64,000 bases of DNA from Sphagnum compactum (lineage: Eukaryota), in assembly GCA_965153455.1 (NCBI GenBank), contig OZ234494.1, positions 6,758,001 through 6,822,000 of the forward strand, written 5' to 3'. The stretch's first letter is position 1. Every line of letters begins with the position of its first letter. Under the pieces are notes generated by a model. That model did no database searches, had not been told where the DNA came from, and saw only the letters and a program-made list of their open reading frames with translations. Shown piece after piece: positions 13,060 through 23,720 of the stretch. The translations under genes and the position numbers were made by a program.

Positions 13060-13560
13060 GTTCCTGTCAAGTTCCCAATATGTTCTCTAGGTTCCCAATG
13101 TGTTCCCCAAGGGTGTTCCCAATATGGTTTGGACTCTTTTGTGAAGAGAAATTTCATGCAGCCAATGGGAAGGCCCCAAGCATGCAACTCAAGGTGCCTT
13201 GCATTTTTTCCTTTTAAGTTTGGGGGCAGTTTGGGGAAGGTTTTTTTTCACTTTTCCCTGGTTCCCACTATGTTCCCTTTAAGTTCTCACTGGGTTCCCA
13301 TCAGGTTCCCAATGTTTTCCTCAACATATTCTCCATAGCACCTCACTTTTATTGCAAACGCTTTGGCAAATGTTGTCTTCCTTTCAGGTATATAGGTGGG
13401 CCAAATGGGAGAAACCCTATACTTCAAAAATAGAACCTTCTATGTTGGGGAGCCTCAATAGTTTCAATGTTTCCGAGTGATGGGCCAATCAAATTGGCTC
13501 CATGCAAAGAAAATAATTTGAACTTGAGATGCACCTCATCTAATTAATAGGAGAGGTCAA
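13060..13560 (+). repeat. Dispersed repeat family (GTTCCC-rich), copy 1
   Basis: Shares AATTTCATGCAGCCAATGGGAAGG, GTTCCCAATGTG, GATGGGCCAAT and CTAATTAATA in the same order with the copy at ~18024-18430. Confidence 0.7.
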
Positions 13561-13758
13561 TAAATCATCATGCCTACTTCATTTCATATGTGCCAATTAA
13601 TTTGTTGCTTTATCTGGCTTTCTTTTGGCAAGTTAGGTTTAATTAATATTTCAAAATAAGATGATTGTGATTTTTTCATGGGTTTTTCTTGTGATCTTTC
13701 ATTTTTTATCCTGGACCCCCTCGTCTCAGTGATCACCTTCAAACAAAGAAATCTTCTA

Positions 13759-16386
13759 CAGTGCATGACACCTAAAGGCGACCTGGAAAAAAGTTTGGCG
13801 GCCAAATTTGGGCCAAAAATTTCAGCATAAATCCGAGGAGTTTTTTGAATTTGGGTTAGGGGATGTAGGATTAGGGTTATGGAGTGGCGCGGCCTCTGCT
13901 CCTTCTGGCGGGCCCGTGCATAGGCATGCACAAGCCCATACTATTTCGTCTTCACCCACATCTAATTCGCAGACAGTATTGGCAACCATGGGGAGACTTA
14001 ACAAACGAAAGCAGCAGCTCAAGAGACTGGCTGAGGCTAGGCAGGCACGTCGCGACAAGGATGAGTCTGGACGCGAGGAGGAGGAGGAGGTGACTGTGTT
14101 TGACGGCGAGATAATCGTTGTTGTTGACGTTGACGTGCTTAGCGAGGACGCTGTTTGGCATGAGGAAGAGCTTGAGTTTGAGGAGGTGGAAGAGCCTTGC
14201 GAGGACGAAGCGGAGCAGGCGCAGGGACGGTTGGAGGAGTTGCGAGTCCAGCTGAAGAGCAAGCGGCCTACTCATTACGTGGGGAACTCGGAACGCTCAA
14301 AGCGCCGGCGTCACCAGAAGTAGAGGAAGGCAGCTGTTGGGACCAAGAAGCTGACCTCGTTCTTTGCGCCTGTCGCCAACGGTGACAGTAGCAACGAAGA
14401 CGACGAGCAGCAGGACACTAATGACGATAGTAGTGAAGACGAAGAGGAGGCGACCTTGAACGCCGCATGGAAGGATTCGTAGCGCCTTACGGACGCAATC
14501 GCTTTTCTTGAGCAGCAAAGACAGAAAGCTGTTCAAAAGGGTGAAAGTGTCGTGCATTCGTTACGGCGATATGCTGTCCTAGCTTACCTTCGCCTTGTTA
14601 AGAATGGAAAGAAGCGGCAGTCGGCCAGCGCAATGACGGCAACAGTCATAAACGGCAAAGGTGCGTACTGCGCGAAGGCAATCCGAAATTGGGCTAACGC
14701 CTTTCTGCGTTCGGGTGCCATTCCCGTGTCAGAACGTGGAAAACATAAAAAATTAAGATGTTTCCTTCGGGATGAGGACGTACGAGAGAATATCGACACC
14801 TACCTTCGAGAAAACAAGTTTGAGGTGCGCATCCACATTTTGACAAAGTACATCAACGAGGAGGTCTTGCCAGACCTTGATGATGGGCTCTCTGTGAAAT
14901 TGTCCGAACACATTGTTATTCGGTGGATGAAAATTTTCGGACACAATTACCGAAAAGCCACCAAAGGAGTGTACACGGACGGGCATGAACGAGACGATGT
15001 TGTTACTTACCGTGGACAATTCCTCGCAAAAATGGCTGAGCACGAAAAGCGGATGCCAATGTTCACCGATGATTGTTCGGACGTCATCTGGCCCAACCTA
15101 CAAAATGGGGAGAAACCGCTAATTTTCGTCACACATGACAAATCCATATTCCACGCATTTGATGGCCAGGGAAGGCAATGGCTTCCAGCTGGCGAGCAGC
15201 CTTTGCGCAAAAAGGGAGCTGGTCTGGCTATGCATGTCAGCGACTTTCTCGCTGATGTCTGCGGACGTCTAACACTTGCGGACGGCAATGTAGCCACGAA
15301 CGACGAATGTGCGAAAGAGGCCTGTGAGACCATGAAGCTTGGCAAGAATTACGACAGTTGGTGGACAATCGAGGATCTTGCCAAGCAGGTTGTTGAGAAG
15401 CGGTACCCATTTTCGAACGTCGTTTACCGAATGTTCAAGCGCTTTTCGCATTTGATAATGCCACAAGCCACGCTGCGTTCACGGCCGACGCACTACGGGC
15501 AAAGCAAATGAACGTGGGCCGCGGCGGCAAGCAACCACAGATGTGGCCTACGACTTACGGCAACGGGATTGTTCAAGAAATATGCTTTCCACCCGCACAT
15601 CCACCACTTCTATATGGGGAGCCCAAGGGCCTCAAGAGCGTTCTCGAGGAGCGTGGTCTTTGGCAACCTGGGCTCCGACTTGAATGCAAGGATCAAAAAA
15701 ACAATCCGTGCAAAGATGGAAAGGCCTATTGCGCGCGCAATGTTATGGCAAGTCAACCAGACTTCAAAGCCCAGCGCTGCCTGTTGGAGGAGTTGCTTGC
15801 AGAACGCGGTCACTTGTCCAATTTTTTACCCAAAATTTCACTGCGAGTTCAACTACATCGAGAACTTCTGGGCAGCAGTGAAGCGGCGCACACGGGACAA
15901 TTGCGACTATACTTTTCCGGGGTTGTGCAACGCAATCCCGCGCGCTCTTGCAGATGTTCCAATTGTGGAAATCCGTCGATACGTGCGACGTGCGATTAGG
16001 TATATGGATGCATACCGGACTGGGCTTATTGGGAAAGGAGCCGAAGTTGTCGTTAAAAAATCCCGCTCCCATCAACGAATTCCGCGCACCATGTTGGAGA
16101 ACATTGACTAAGCCATAGCAGGGTTAGGGGTTATTTAGCCCTAACCCTTAAGCTCCCTATAAATCCTTGTGGCCAAATATGGGCCGCCCCAGCCAAATTT
16201 GGACAAAAGTCATCAATTTCGACCAGCAATATCTCTGCCAAAAAAAAAGATTTTGACAAACGGGTTGTGTAACTTTGTTCAACATGTGAAGTACTGCATA
16301 AATACGTCGAGTTTTTGGGGTTACACGTTGTGTGGGAAGAATATTTAAGCTCGACATTTGGGGTCACCTTTAGGTGTCATGCACTG
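13759..16386 (+). mobile_element. Full-length IS630/Tc1/mariner-superfamily DNA transposon (2628 bp), 25-bp TIRs, TA target-site duplication
   Basis: Left TIR CAGTGCATGACACCTAAAGGCGACC (13759-13783) and right TIR GGTCACCTTTAGGTGTCATGCACTG (16362-16386) differ by 1 mismatch. TA flanks both ends (13757-58, 16387-88). A DDE transposase remnant lies inside. Confidence 0.93.
13988..16111 (+). pseudogene. Inactivated DDE transposase (~707 aa when repaired)
   Basis: ATG at 13988 and TAA at 16109-16111 are in frame. Interruptions: TAG at 14321 and 14480, a -1 frameshift at ~15400 and a +1 frameshift at ~15817. The repaired product contains GVYTDGHERDDV, FVTHDKS (D1), LFAFDNATSH (D2) and [16 protein letters not shown] (E). 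Confidence 0.9.
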
Positions 16387-16864
16387 TAGGAGTTTCAAAA
16401 GTGCAAAATGTCATCAATTTTTGAGTCAAATGATCACATGGGGGTTTGCCATCCAATGTTTTCTTTGTCAATTTTGTGATGTACCCATATTGGTGATCAT
16501 CCAAGCAAAGATATAGCCAAATTGGGCTATAAATGGCATAATAATTTTAAAAAAAGAACCCTTCTATATTTTTGGCTACCCATTGGAACCAAATGTCAAA
16601 ATCTGATTATTGTTATTATTATTATTATCATTTTGAATTTTCCTGCGTTATCTTTTTTAAAATTATTGTGATACGTGGCTGGTACCCACCAAGTATGAAA
16701 TCTATAAGGTCCCAAACTCTATGGTCAAGAACTTACAAACCCATTGGACGTGTTTGAGGTCTTGTGCAGGTCTTGGTGCGGGGTCTTGGATATCTGTTCA
16801 TCCTGCCATCCCATGCTTTCATCTGTTTTCAGATGTTTTTTTTACAATGTTGCAAACCAGGTTA

Positions 16865-17520
16865 AGCCTCCCCATCCTTGGCTCTTAGTCTAACACATTA
16901 CATTTGTGGTTAGTTGTTAAATGTTGTGTGGATCCATTTTTCCCATTGTGCCCATGGTGGGGAGAGGATTGTATCACATGATGTTGTTTGGAATGTTTTT
17001 GCGTCCATTGCACAAGACTCTAGGTTTCACGTCTTATGGGAGCAAACCCAAGTTCTTTCACTATCTTAATTTCAATTTTCTCATTGATGGTTGACATTGT
17101 TTTGTCGGTTGATGCCATTCACTAATTGATCAATGTCCTCATTGTCAATTTCACTCGAGTAGTCTTGGTATCACAAACGGCTCTTTCTCATGGGGTGGTG
17201 GTGATTGTGACGGTTTAGGTGAAAAAAAGATTTTATTGTGATTGTTACCTGATGAACATATTTCTTCTTCATGCCATAGAGGTTTTTGGGTGTTTTCATT
17301 GATAATTTGACAACTTTTTTCATTAGTGTTAACATGATGACGTGACCAACAAAGGGCACTGAAGGTTCTTCTTTATCAATGTTACATTCTTTTATAGATA
17401 GAGAGTGTCCATAGCTTTACAAGAAAGCACAAGTCGCCTCCATCTCGAGGTGAGTTATTATTGTAGACGAGGGTTCTTCTAAATTTGAAGTTTTATCAAG
17501 CTTACCTCCCCTTTCTTTAG
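16865..17520 (+). mobile_element. Decayed 3' portion of an RLE-type (CRE-like) non-LTR retrotransposon
   Basis: Piecewise translation gives HCAHGGERIVSHDVV (CCHC-type Zn knuckle), VFASIAQDSRFHV, VDIVLSVD..LI.V.I (PD-(D/E)xK-like) and AIEVFGCFH. Many stops and frameshifts. Confidence 0.65.
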
Positions 17521-18023
17521 TTGACATGTTTCATGCAACTAGTGAAAGTTTTGATATTTAACGGTTCCTTACTTCCGTGTGGGACGCCTCTTTTGGGTTG
17601 TCTACTTGCATAGACTTTGGTTGTTGCCCTTTGTTTCTTTTTCTTGCCCTTTCTTGGGTGCTTTCTTTTTATGAAGTTTGACAAGTTTTCATCACTTTCA
17701 AACTTGTGCTGAGTATTCTGCAATCTTTTACAATATAATTATCCTCAATATACACTAATAGCAAAATTTCATGGGTTTATTTTATGTTGTGTTGTAATCA
17801 TCATGCAATATCCTCAATATATCGGGCCTAAGCAAAATAATGGTATCCTATATAATATGTTGTTATGTATTATGCAATATTTTGCAATGTAATTATCCTC
17901 AATATACCCTAAGCACAATAATTTTTGATGGGTTTCTTTGCATTGTAACAATTTTATGTCCCCAAATTTCTGCCCTTGCCATTAGCCCAAGCCAAAAATG
18001 GTGACAAACAGTTTTGAAAACAA

Positions 18024-18430
18024 AAATTTCATGCAGCCAATGGGAAGGCTCGCATGCACTCATGATGGGCCCTACCTATTGTTTTGGGTGGGGGAAATTA
18101 TTTTTGGTTTTTTTGTTCCCAATGTGTTTTTAACATGTTCTCATCATATTCCCTTAAAGTTCTTGAGTTTCGAAGTTGTTCTTTAAGGCATTCCCAATAG
18201 CACCACAATTTTATCCCATATGGTTTGCCCAAAGTTCAACTCTCATGTGTATAAACTGAAGAGGTAGGTTGTTAAATAATACATTTGTTTTTGTTTTGCA
18301 ATTGGGGGTCCAAAGAGGTGCTTCCATTGGGGAGTGTTTGATGTCTCAAAAAATTTATTGATGGGCCAATGAATATGGCTCTTTCAAAAAAATAAAATAA
18401 AATGTGAGCGCACACATAAACTAATTAATA
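18024..18430 (+). repeat. Dispersed repeat family, copy 2 (related to 13060-13560)
   Basis: Same ordered motifs as copy 1. It sits between ~80-bp TGCAAT..ATCCT(C/A)AATAT..AGCA units at 17719-17950 and ~18513. Confidence 0.65.
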
Positions 18431-21400
18431 TGAATCATACTATACTTAGAATGCAACAACGCAACAAAGCTGACAAATTATTTACGATAACTATATTGCG
18501 AATTTTTGTTATTGCAATATAGTTATCCTAAATATACCATTAGCAAAATAAAATTTGATGGGTATCTTTGTATTTTGTAATAACTATTGAAACAAAATGT
18601 GAAAATGATTCAAATGCCCAAAAAGATGGACCATGAATGGAACAAGTAGGATGCAAAAAAAGGTCCTATAGATAAGATATGTGAAAGATGAGTAGTTATT
18701 TAAGGGCTTTGTAGAAAATAAATTTATATAATAATAATTTTTGGTTGTTTGTCATATCTATCTCTTCCATGTTTAACTCTATCATTTCCGAGCCTAACTA
18801 TCTCACTCTTTTCCCCTATCCACTACCATGGACATGAAAATACTAATGTTATCTATATCAAAATCCAATTTGAGATAAATAATGATGATCATAAAATGGA
18901 AAAAAAAGGTAGAGGGGGGTGATGAGGAGGAATTTTGCTCAATTTGAAACCTTGGGCAAAGAGCATTGCACTTGTTTGGTTAATAAATAAAAGGAATTCT
19001 TTAGACTGAGAATTCATAAAAACGAAAAGAAATGAATTAAAGAAACCAACACAAAATTGATGACAAAAGAAATTTGGTACAATCTCACTGAACAATTCAT
19101 CTCGTATATGAATCAATCTGTTGCAAACGGTTAACTCCAAAAATCGAAGGGTCCAGATTTGTTTATTGGGGAGGGTCGGCAAATCGTGCCAACCCTGTAT
19201 GGGTTCCAAAAATAGTGCCGGCCATATGTCTTGATAGTCCATACGGCACGAATCTTTAAGACTCGCGTGGTACAATTAACCAACCGACCCTTTTAATCTT
19301 TCCCTCCTTCTCCGCACTATATATATACTTTTCTTCACTACTCAGTGGCACCAGAGAGTATGGGTTATATGACAACAACACGACAACGCATCGTCTACAA
19401 CACAGAGTCCCGGAGTTCTTCACTGAGAAGTCCCCAGTTGTGAGAGAATTGCGTGCTGGAAAAGATTGACAGTGGTGACGGGGATTTGGAGCTATGCAAC
19501 CCAAGTCGATGCTGCATGTGTTCATCATTTGGAAGCTCCATTTGTTAGTAATCAAGAGCCGATGAAGCAGTTCAGTCCTCTGTACAATTGTTAAAAGGGA
19601 AAGAGGGACCTAAATCATCAAGTTTTTCAAGTTTGGGGAGAAAACAAGAAACTTGTCATTGACTTGTTGTAAGTTCGGTTTCATTTGAATTCATCCAGTT
19701 TGTTGCAGGGAAACAATTTGAAAGATCTATGTTCCTTTGGACAGACAAAGAACAGCCTTCAGGTTTTAACCAGCAAAATTTTGGGCTCGGAAAACCACAG
19801 AGGTGCAGGTTGGTGCAGGCTACAAGGAGGCAGCAGCAATCACATGAATTGGATGTCACCAGAACCACAAGAGCCAGGGATTGAGTATGCAAAATAGCTA
19901 AGGGGGAGGAGGAGCCATGCTGCACAAACATGCCATTGGTATTGATACCCAAAATGGGATGAGACACTTTAAGACTCTGATTGGAGAAAAAATCTAAAGA
20001 GCCAAAGATGGATTGTCTCAACATAGAGGTTGCAATGGTGATGGAGCACTTGCAAGTGATCCAAATGGTGGAGGCTGACCCAGTCACAATCTTGGAACGA
20101 AATAATGCAGACAAGAAAGTCATGCCAGTGGCCACTATCTCTACCTCTAAAGCTCCAGACAAGAACCTTTTTGTCCATGCAAGGTTTTGTTTGTGGACCA
20201 CCTCTGTGAAGAATCTGCTCTGTGATTCAAACAGTTGGAACCTCCTACCATTCCTTTGACAATCCTACAGCAAGACAAACAGATGGCATAAAAGCAGTGA
20301 TTCTGGTGTGGTTGCCAAGAGTTGCAACTTCTTGCAACACTTTTCACTCAATTTTCTTGTATTCCAGCAACATTGCAACACAAATTGTTAATATCTACTA
20401 TCATGGCAATAGTTCATTGATTTGAGCACATGAGATCACTGTTTAACTATGCATGTGTATTCACAGGTGTTCTCACTAAGCAAAGCCTCTATGCTCAATT
20501 TGAGACCATTGAAGAATTGATACCTCAACCTGCATTGAGGTATCATGTTGAGGCAAATTCTCCAATGATTCTCCATTCTCATTGAGTCAGGACCATAAGG
20601 GAGTGCTGATACTGGTCCAAAAAGGAAAGTTCAAATTCCTCATGTCTTCAATTCTGCATGGGGTGGTCAATTGAACATAGAGAGTGTCAAGTGTACCAAT
20701 TATGTACTGGCTGACAAACATGAGCTGCACAGAGTGAGCTTACTTGCACATCCTCCGCTGTTTGAAGGTTCAAATGTGTACCTTCAAGATGCAGACTCAC
20801 TGAATGAAAGCCATTTCATGAGCAAAAAAAAGTGAAAATGATTAAACAAAAAAGGCATGAAAGTATCATCCATGGACTGCCCAATGAAGCAGTTTGATTC
20901 TCCCGGTTAGATATTCCACATATACAATTTTTTTCTCACCTTGCTCAGCTGAACATTGTATCTTTTGATCTGACTCATAAGACCACCTCTAACAAGTTAA
21001 ATGGAGTACACAATCACTGTTCTGGACAGCCAACATGGACATGGACCAAAATAATTACAATGGGACATTGTGACTCTCTTGTTTTTTGGAAAAACAGTGT
21101 GCAAAATTTTTAAGCAGCACTGTGAACCCCTATCTGCAGAAATTGACTGTCTTGGATGTGGACAAGGAGAGATTTCATGAATACTGTCATTGAAGGGAAA
21201 CACCATACCTACTTCATGTACTCCCAAGTTGTGAAAGGGGAGGAGCTGCTAAAGAGACCACAACCATCATGTTGTGCTTCCAAAATCATGTGTCATCAAG
21301 ATGAGGAGAAGTGGCAGTTGAAAATCCACCGAGTGCAGTTGTGGATATGGAATAGATCATCCCTTCCAAAATGTAGGTTGCAAGGAGTCTGACTGCAACC

Positions 21401-21517
21401 CATATACCTCCAGATTCTGCATTTGTTGATGGACAAGAAAATAAAATTCTGCTCCTTTGCAGAAGAAAAAGGGTTGCCATGAGAAGAGCATCTAAGTGCA
21501 CCCGGAAAAAATTCCTT

Positions 21518-22843
21518 TTAGGGAAGCAACAGGCTAGGTGCAAATAAGTATCCAGTGCTGCTCGGAGCACAGCTTTGTGAGCATAGATGGAAGTCAGGCA
21601 ACCAGTGCCATGATTTCTTGGTCACATTATATGCTAAGAATCTCACACTCCATTTGACAAAAAGAATGACATCGTCCTCACATCCCTCAGGATAAGGGTT
21701 AGGTCTTTGAGCGGTGCCAGGGCTTGCAGGGCTTTTAGATCTACCATGGTTGCAGAGAGTTGCTTCGAGCAAAATGTCCACGACACTCCATCTCAGTGTT
21801 TCTTGATCAAGCTCCCAGATGCCTATGTTGCTGGATTTGTCATGCTGATTGTGGAGGTAAGCGCCTACCAGGAAGAGATGACCCGGTCGGCCTGCGAGGC
21901 TCGGACCTCGAATCTCGGCCGGCAAGGCTACCCTAGAACGGCTCCATTCTTCGCTTTCGACATGGAATGCATGAAGCTGGTAAGGTCGGGAGGTCAAGCA
22001 ATACATAACCCCTTCGCAAACAACAGAACAGCACACAGATCTGATGGCAAAACCGACCAAAGTGCGGAAATGGCTGGTCAGAAACGACGTGAAGGGGTCC
22101 AAGAAGTTCACTAGCGTTTCGTGGGAGCTCCAAGATTGAGAAACGGAGTCGAACACAAAGGCGATCAGCACTTTCTGTTCTCGTTTACCGCCGGCCTCGT
22201 GTTTGGTAACCTCGCCAACGATGACGAGCTTGTAAGTTCCTGCGTACCTGTCCACGACAATGCCTGCAACCGAGACCAAGCTGGTGGCGGGATCCAGATC
22301 CGGAGGCAACGCCACATCTCTCCAAAACCGCGACAAAGGGTTACATACCACAAGTCGGGTGGGCGTGAACCCTTTGTTGAGGGATCTCCATCCGGCTCCA
22401 AGGCAAATCAATCCATCAGCGGCTGCAAGAGGAGATTTGTTATCCAGAGCAAAAGGCAAGAACCCAAGCGGCAGGCTATGCCATTTGCAGAGATGGCAAT
22501 CATAAGCTAATCCCACGGGTCCAGGATCGTTTCCGAAAGTGAGGAACCACTTCTGGGGTACCACATCAGACTCAGACTCACACAAACGAATAAAGCTCGA
22601 TGTCCGCAGCTTAATTTTCCATCTCTTGCAAACACATTGCATTCTCAGCAAACTCTGCAGCGGCAGCCTTGCAAGCACACGATCCAGCACATCTTCCGGT
22701 AGCGACTCCCACACCCCCACCTCATCCATAACGTTCTGCTGCTCGGCATGCCCATCTGTTCCTCCTCCCCCTCCTCCTCCTATCTTGGTCGCACTTCCAT
22801 CATCACTCACAATACCCAGACGCGTAATCCACATCGCAGCCAT
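21518..22843 (-). CDS. Intronless F-box protein with a C-terminal beta-propeller (kelch/FBA-like) domain, 441 aa
   Basis: F-box motif WESLPEDVLDRVLARLPLQSLLRMQCVCKRWK, followed by AAADGLICL, VVCNPLSRFWR, YKLVIVG and a C-terminal FAPSL, as in plant F-box/kelch-like proteins. Confidence 0.92.
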   Translation of the reverse strand: MAAMWITRLGIVSDDGSATKIGGGGGGGTDGHAEQQNVMDEVGVWESLPEDVLDRVLARLPLQSLLRMQCVCKRWKIKLRTSSFIRLCESESDVVPQKWFLTFGNDPGPVGLAYDCHLCKWHSLPLGFLPFALDNKSPLAAADGLICLGAGWRSLNKGFTPTRLVVCNPLSRFWRDVALPPDLDPATSLVSVAGIVVDRYAGTYKLVIVGEVTKHEAGGKREQKVLIAFVFDSVSQSWSSHETLVNFLDPFTSFLTSHFRTLVGFAIRSVCCSVVCEGVMYCLTSRPYQLHAFHVESEEWSRSRVALPAEIRGPSLAGRPGHLFLVGAYLHNQHDKSSNIGIWELDQETLRWSVVDILLEATLCNHGRSKSPASPGTAQRPNPYPEGCEDDVILFVKWSVRFLAYNVTKKSWHWLPDFHLCSQSCAPSSTGYLFAPSLLLP

Positions 22844-23148
22844 TGCAACACAACTACTTTTTGTCTATCTCTGTTCCCCCCCCCCCCTTCTCTACACAAC
22901 CCAACTTCGTCAAAAGGGCACACGAACAAAAAAAAAAAACAAAGAAAACCAAAACTGTAGCAACAGCAGCAGAGCACATACAAGAGATACCAAACGGGAG
23001 GAGAAGCAACGGTATGCGCTCCAAAGCAAAACTCTGAATGCACAGCACAGCGAGACGACAAACGGGGCATGCGCGCACCACAACAGAAAGCGCTACGACA
23101 GAAAACACCAACTTTCTCACCAAACACAAATACGTAAAAGAGCGGACG

Positions 23149-23232
23149 TGCCAGTCACGGGAATCGAACCTGGAACTGCGAGTTCGTCAGCATTAAAGCG
23201 CCAGCTGTCTGACCGAAAGACCCCCACCGGGG
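23149..23232 (-). other. Degenerate tRNA-like sequence (tRNA pseudogene or tRNA-derived SINE head)
   Basis: Minus strand has a B-box/T-loop GGTTCGATTCCC, a D-like stem GTCT/AGAC around GG, a GAACT/AGTTC arm, partial acceptor pairing (CCGGT/ACTGG) and TTTT ~10 nt downstream. T and anticodon stems are imperfect. Confidence 0.5.
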
Positions 23233-23271
23233 TTAAAAGAACAAATGACTACAAAGCGGCATACGGCCGGG

Positions 23272-23720
23272 AGGGGGCAAACCTAAAGAGCCCTGGGGGG
23301 GGGGGGCGTACCTAAAAGCGGAGGCATGTATGCCCCTATAATTAGCGGGGGGAGGCCCATTGAAGCTCTTGGAGAGCCACAATCTAAGGCCCACTTTGGA
23401 AAGGGGCTCCTTGGAAAGGGGCCCTCTAATGATAGGGGTGGCCGGAGAGATTAGTGTTCGCTAGATTGAGGAACTCCCCTGGTTGAAGTACAAAGCCAAG
23501 GGGGCAAAACCTAAAGGAGGGGTGGGGGGAGGAGGACCAGCCGAGAGTACCTAAAAGCTAAAAGCATAAGCAAGTATGCCGCTATAATTTGAGGGGAGAG
23601 GCCCTTGAAGGTCTTGGAGAGCCACAATCTAAGGTCCTCTTTGGAAAGGGGCCCTCTAATGATAGGGGTGCTTGGAGAGAGATTAGTGTTCGCTAATTTA
23701 GGAGCTGCTCTGGTTGAATG
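23272..23720. repeat. ~230-bp G-rich tandem duplication upstream of the F-box gene
   Basis: Both copies (~23272-23490 and ~23499-23720) contain GGGGGCAAA(A)CCTAAAG, TCTTGGAGAGCCACAATCTAAGG, TTGGAAAGGGGCCCTCTAATGATAGGGGTG and GATTAGTGTTCGCTA. Confidence 0.9.

Noticed and set aside
17719-18580. CRISPR-like spaced repeats
   Set aside because: The units are degenerate, irregularly spaced eukaryotic tandem repeats, with no cas genes nearby.
19184-19204. Resemblance to miR536 (TCGTGCCAA start)
   Set aside because: Only about the first 9 nt match my recollection of the mature sequence, and the hairpin has a large bulge.
19656-20201. 181-aa minus-strand ORF
   Set aside because: Non-ATG start and no recognisable domain, so not called as a CDS.
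23149-23232. Functional suppressor or selenocysteine tRNA
   Set aside because: Acceptor, anticodon and T stems are mismatched, and there is no TCA anticodon. Kept only as a tRNA-like relic.
22539-23315. 258-aa plus-strand ORF
   Set aside because: Antisense shadow of the F-box gene and its 5' region, with low-complexity composition.
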